The notes under the pieces were generated by a model, which saw only the letters and a program-made list of their open reading frames with translations, had not been told where the DNA came from and searched no databases. From Botryllus schlosseri (taxonomy: Eukaryota), in NCBI GenBank assembly GCA_051294905.1, contig CM119385.1:8184001-8248000 (forward strand): a stretch of 64,000 nt of DNA, given 5' to 3'. Positions 61,001 through 64,000 of the stretch are shown one piece after another. Position 1 is the first letter of the stretch, and each line of letters starts with the position of its first letter. The position numbers and the translations under genes are program-made.

Positions 61001-62074
61001 CGCCACAGCCACCGTTGACCCGCGACCCCGGCGGTTCCACGTTTTGCGGCGTTATTTCTAAACGGAATATATCCGGTAAAAGATCACGCCGGTCGGCGGC
61101 ATATCGATAAGATAGTTACGGTCGTCGTCGTCGTTACAGAAGTTCTGGCAATGATGGCGGATGGTCGCGAGTTCGCGTAGGAGATCTGTGTACATAAGCA
61201 ATTCATAACTTTATATAAATTGGAAATGGTGAAAGCATGAGTAATGCTCATTGAGCATACGCTTAGCAGGGATGATAATTTTGAGGGAGAGTTTAATAAT
61301 CAAGTGTCAGCGGTGACGTAGTGAACGTAGATGACGTCACAATCTTCAGTCCGCGGCTATACTTGGCTGGGCGCGAGATGATTTTCACGCATATACACTG
61401 TACAGTTGTAGATGGAGGTGGTCTTTAACGGAGTACTCCACCTATACGGAGTACTTGAGTAGATTGTTCCTACTTGCACTAACTTACTCAAGTGCTTCAC
61501 TTCTTCTTATCAGTTTTTATGGGAAACTAATTCCCTTTTGTATCGTTTGGATATTATTTGCGTACTATTTATGACTGAAGTAGTCATAACTACGAAATTG
61601 CCCTTGTGTCGCGGTTACTGAATTTGATTTTTGAGAATTACACCTATTTGTTGTTTTACTAGTCGCTTCTCGTTAGTCGCGAATATGCACGATGCAATTT
61701 AGAATGTCGCCACATATTATTAACTGTTAAAAGACTGCGACCCCACCAGCAAACCTACCTTTTGAAACTATACTTTCTTGAGTACTTTTCATGTCGTGAT
61801 TTTGTAGGCTTACTTTCTCGTGAAGCAGTTTCGACATGTCTTAAAAATCGTAACTTTACTCGTAAATGAAAACAGATTTGGGGACTAACTTCTACTTCTA
61901 CTTCTACTTGGGTATCAACGTCGACTACTTTAACCAGCTCTGGTTCTATGTCCATACTTTGTAATTCTGAGTTCAGCTGGTCTGTCTTCCGTCGTACAGC
62001 GTCGTATTGACGTTTTTGGACCGATACTTCTGCAGAGAGCTTTACCATGGCGTCCCGTAAAGTGGAATTCTCAT
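58054..62074 (-). CDS. Fibrinogen-like protein (coiled coil + CxxxC + FReD), 'gene A'; 5' exons unresolved and probably further upstream
   Basis: Exons 62074-61958, 61185-61120, an exon ending at 60860 (acceptor uncertain), 60116-60049, 59989-59905, 58936-58711, 58380-58241, 58175-58054. Motifs [78 protein letters not shown] and [23 protein letters not shown]. Confidence 0.85.
60218..60534. mobile_element. hAT-type MITE; second copy at about 40155-40500
   Basis: TIRs CAGTGGTTCCCAAC / GTTGGGAACCACTG; shared CGACTC..CCCC..AGCTCGACACAAA and GGGGCGATAT blocks; TSD not clear. Confidence 0.7.
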
Positions 62075-63257
62075 CTAAAAAGTAAAATAATTCGGACTAA
62101 AATTCACGGATACACGACTGCGCACTATATTTTCTCGAACTAAATTATCTCGCTTTACCCTAATTATAGCTCATTGATATCATATTGAGGTATATATCGC
62201 GTTGAGCATAATACCTTTGCGGTGATATCGCCCTCTTTACGATGAGAGCTGCTTTGCTTAGTATCTAAATGATTTGGCGATCTTCCGGTATACATAATGA
62301 GCATATCTTCCCAAGATATAAAACGAGTACACAGTATGGACATTGGACAGATAGCTGGAATCCGGATACTGTAAATCGGTTGTGCGCCTAATGCATCCGC
62401 TTCACAAATTGCCGATAGTCTATCGTTGAAACGCGTCGTCACCTTCGATCTCTTATGTGCCGTAAAAGTATTAGCGTATAATCTGATTGTTGTATTTGTA
62501 TTTTGTACGTACGATGACTGCAGGTAGTTGATTTGTGTTGACTTCAGGTGATAAAATCAATTTTTTTCGGCAGGCACGCACCGAAGTAATCTGCACGTCT
62601 CCTGTAATCGTCAAAGCAAGGGAACGGTCCGAGTACGCGATGCCGAAGACCTGCCGAAGCAATCGACGAACGTGTTCGCCCTACGCAGCCCAACCGGGCC
62701 TCATATGCAACTCCCGCAATGTTGTTCATTCGTAAATATTATTCAATAAACCAGTAAAACCCCCTGTTATTTTCATCTTATCATGGCGTACGAAGCGGCG
62801 CTCTCTCTTTATCTCGCGCACTCGTCAGCCCAGGCTCCCCGCAGCACTACGGAAATTGCTACCTTCGAGAGACGAACCAGCGTCCCGCGTAGCCGCAACG
62901 CATGCAACATTCAACTGCGCCAACTCCTGCACAGTGAATTTAACGTCTTTATACTCCTAGTCGAGGGGGTTGCTTTATCAAACAGAAAGCAAGTAAACGC
63001 TACGAATCGTGGCGCTGTTGAGGCTAGTGTTTCGCGCATCAGTAAACTACGAACATCTTTTTGTTGCTCGTTGGTTGCTTTAGGTTTTATGTACCTATAG
63101 TCCTACTGAATGAGGTGACTTATCAAACGTAAAATCCATATCAACACTAGAGAAGGTACCAGTGGCGCAATCCGAACCTGAAATCCCACTATTCACGCGG
63201 GTCGCATTAGCCCACTGATCTACCGCCTCAGCCTGTTGGTTGCAGTATGTTTTAGGT

Positions 63258-63520
63258 CAAGGGTCGGCAACCTACGGCCCGCGGGCCGGATCCGGCCCGC
63301 CAAGCGAAATCCGGCCCGCGACGAAATAATTAGTTATCACAGTGTTGGGATCAAGTCACTACCTTCGAGTCACGAGTCATTTCGAGTCATTGGGCATTTT
63401 GACTCGAGTCAAGTCAAGTCAATCGATTTTCAAAGATGACTCGAGTCAAGTCAAGTCACTCGATTTTTGGAGGTGACTCGAGTCAAGTCGAGTCAAGTCA
63501 AGTCACAATTTGACTCAAGT
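63258..63520. mobile_element. hAT MITE start (GGCCCGCGGGCCGG type) interrupted by a GACTCGAGTC-family element
   Basis: CAAGGGTCGGCAACCTACGGCCCGCGGGCCGGATCCGGCCC, then CAGTGTTGGGATCAAGTC at 63340 and dense GACTCGAGTC motifs. Confidence 0.6.
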
Positions 63521-64000
63521 TGTCTTTTCGAAGTATGAGGTATGATAACGTCATTGCATTTTGCTAGCTGTCTGAAATACAGATTGAGTGGTCATTGATT
63601 TTGAACCGATGAACGAATATAGAGTTAAATATATATGCAAGAAGGCACTATATCGCTCACATATACGTAGAACTGCTAAACCTCAATTTATAGTTACCAG
63701 CCAAGATAGAGAAGAGATACGAATTGATTAGACGCAATACATTACGCACTTACAAATCGATATGATACAATTCGAGCCTGCGCCAATGGTTGAGGACTGT
63801 ATAAACTATATTCGATTTCAGTTTCAATAAAACAAAACGTTTGGTTAAGGTAAAACAGAGAATGGAAATTACTTTACTATACTAGTTTGCGACAACGTAA
63901 GATGTAAGCTTCGATCTCTTCGTTTGCGGTCAATTTATTTGTGAGAGAACAATGGAGGCTCAGTAAAACGCACGATCATTAAATGATTGGTCGCTCTCAC

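Overview
Compact, AT-rich, intron-rich animal genomic DNA; many introns are only about 60-75 bp. It is probably an invertebrate chordate such as a tunicate, but that is inference. Seven protein-coding genes were reconstructed by hand: GEMIN5 (+), UBE3A (+), an intronless aldo-keto reductase (-) head-to-head with GRHPR (+), and a tandem array of three minus-strand genes encoding coiled-coil plus fibrinogen C-terminal (FReD) domains; signal peptides were found for two of them. The cysteine motifs of these three genes resemble vertebrate fibrinogen gamma-, alpha- and beta-like chains in that order, without fibrinopeptides or knobs; this is the most interesting feature. Introns and intergenic DNA carry many hAT-type MITEs with verifiable 8-bp target-site duplications (TSDs), tRNA-derived SINEs, a LINE 3' fragment and a Harbinger-type Myb/SANT remnant. 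They also carry a nested foldback transposon whose arms are TTAGGG-containing inverted arrays that mimic a telomere fusion. Exon coordinates come from manual reading-frame and splice-phase checks, and vertebrate comparison motifs are recalled from memory; no database search was run.
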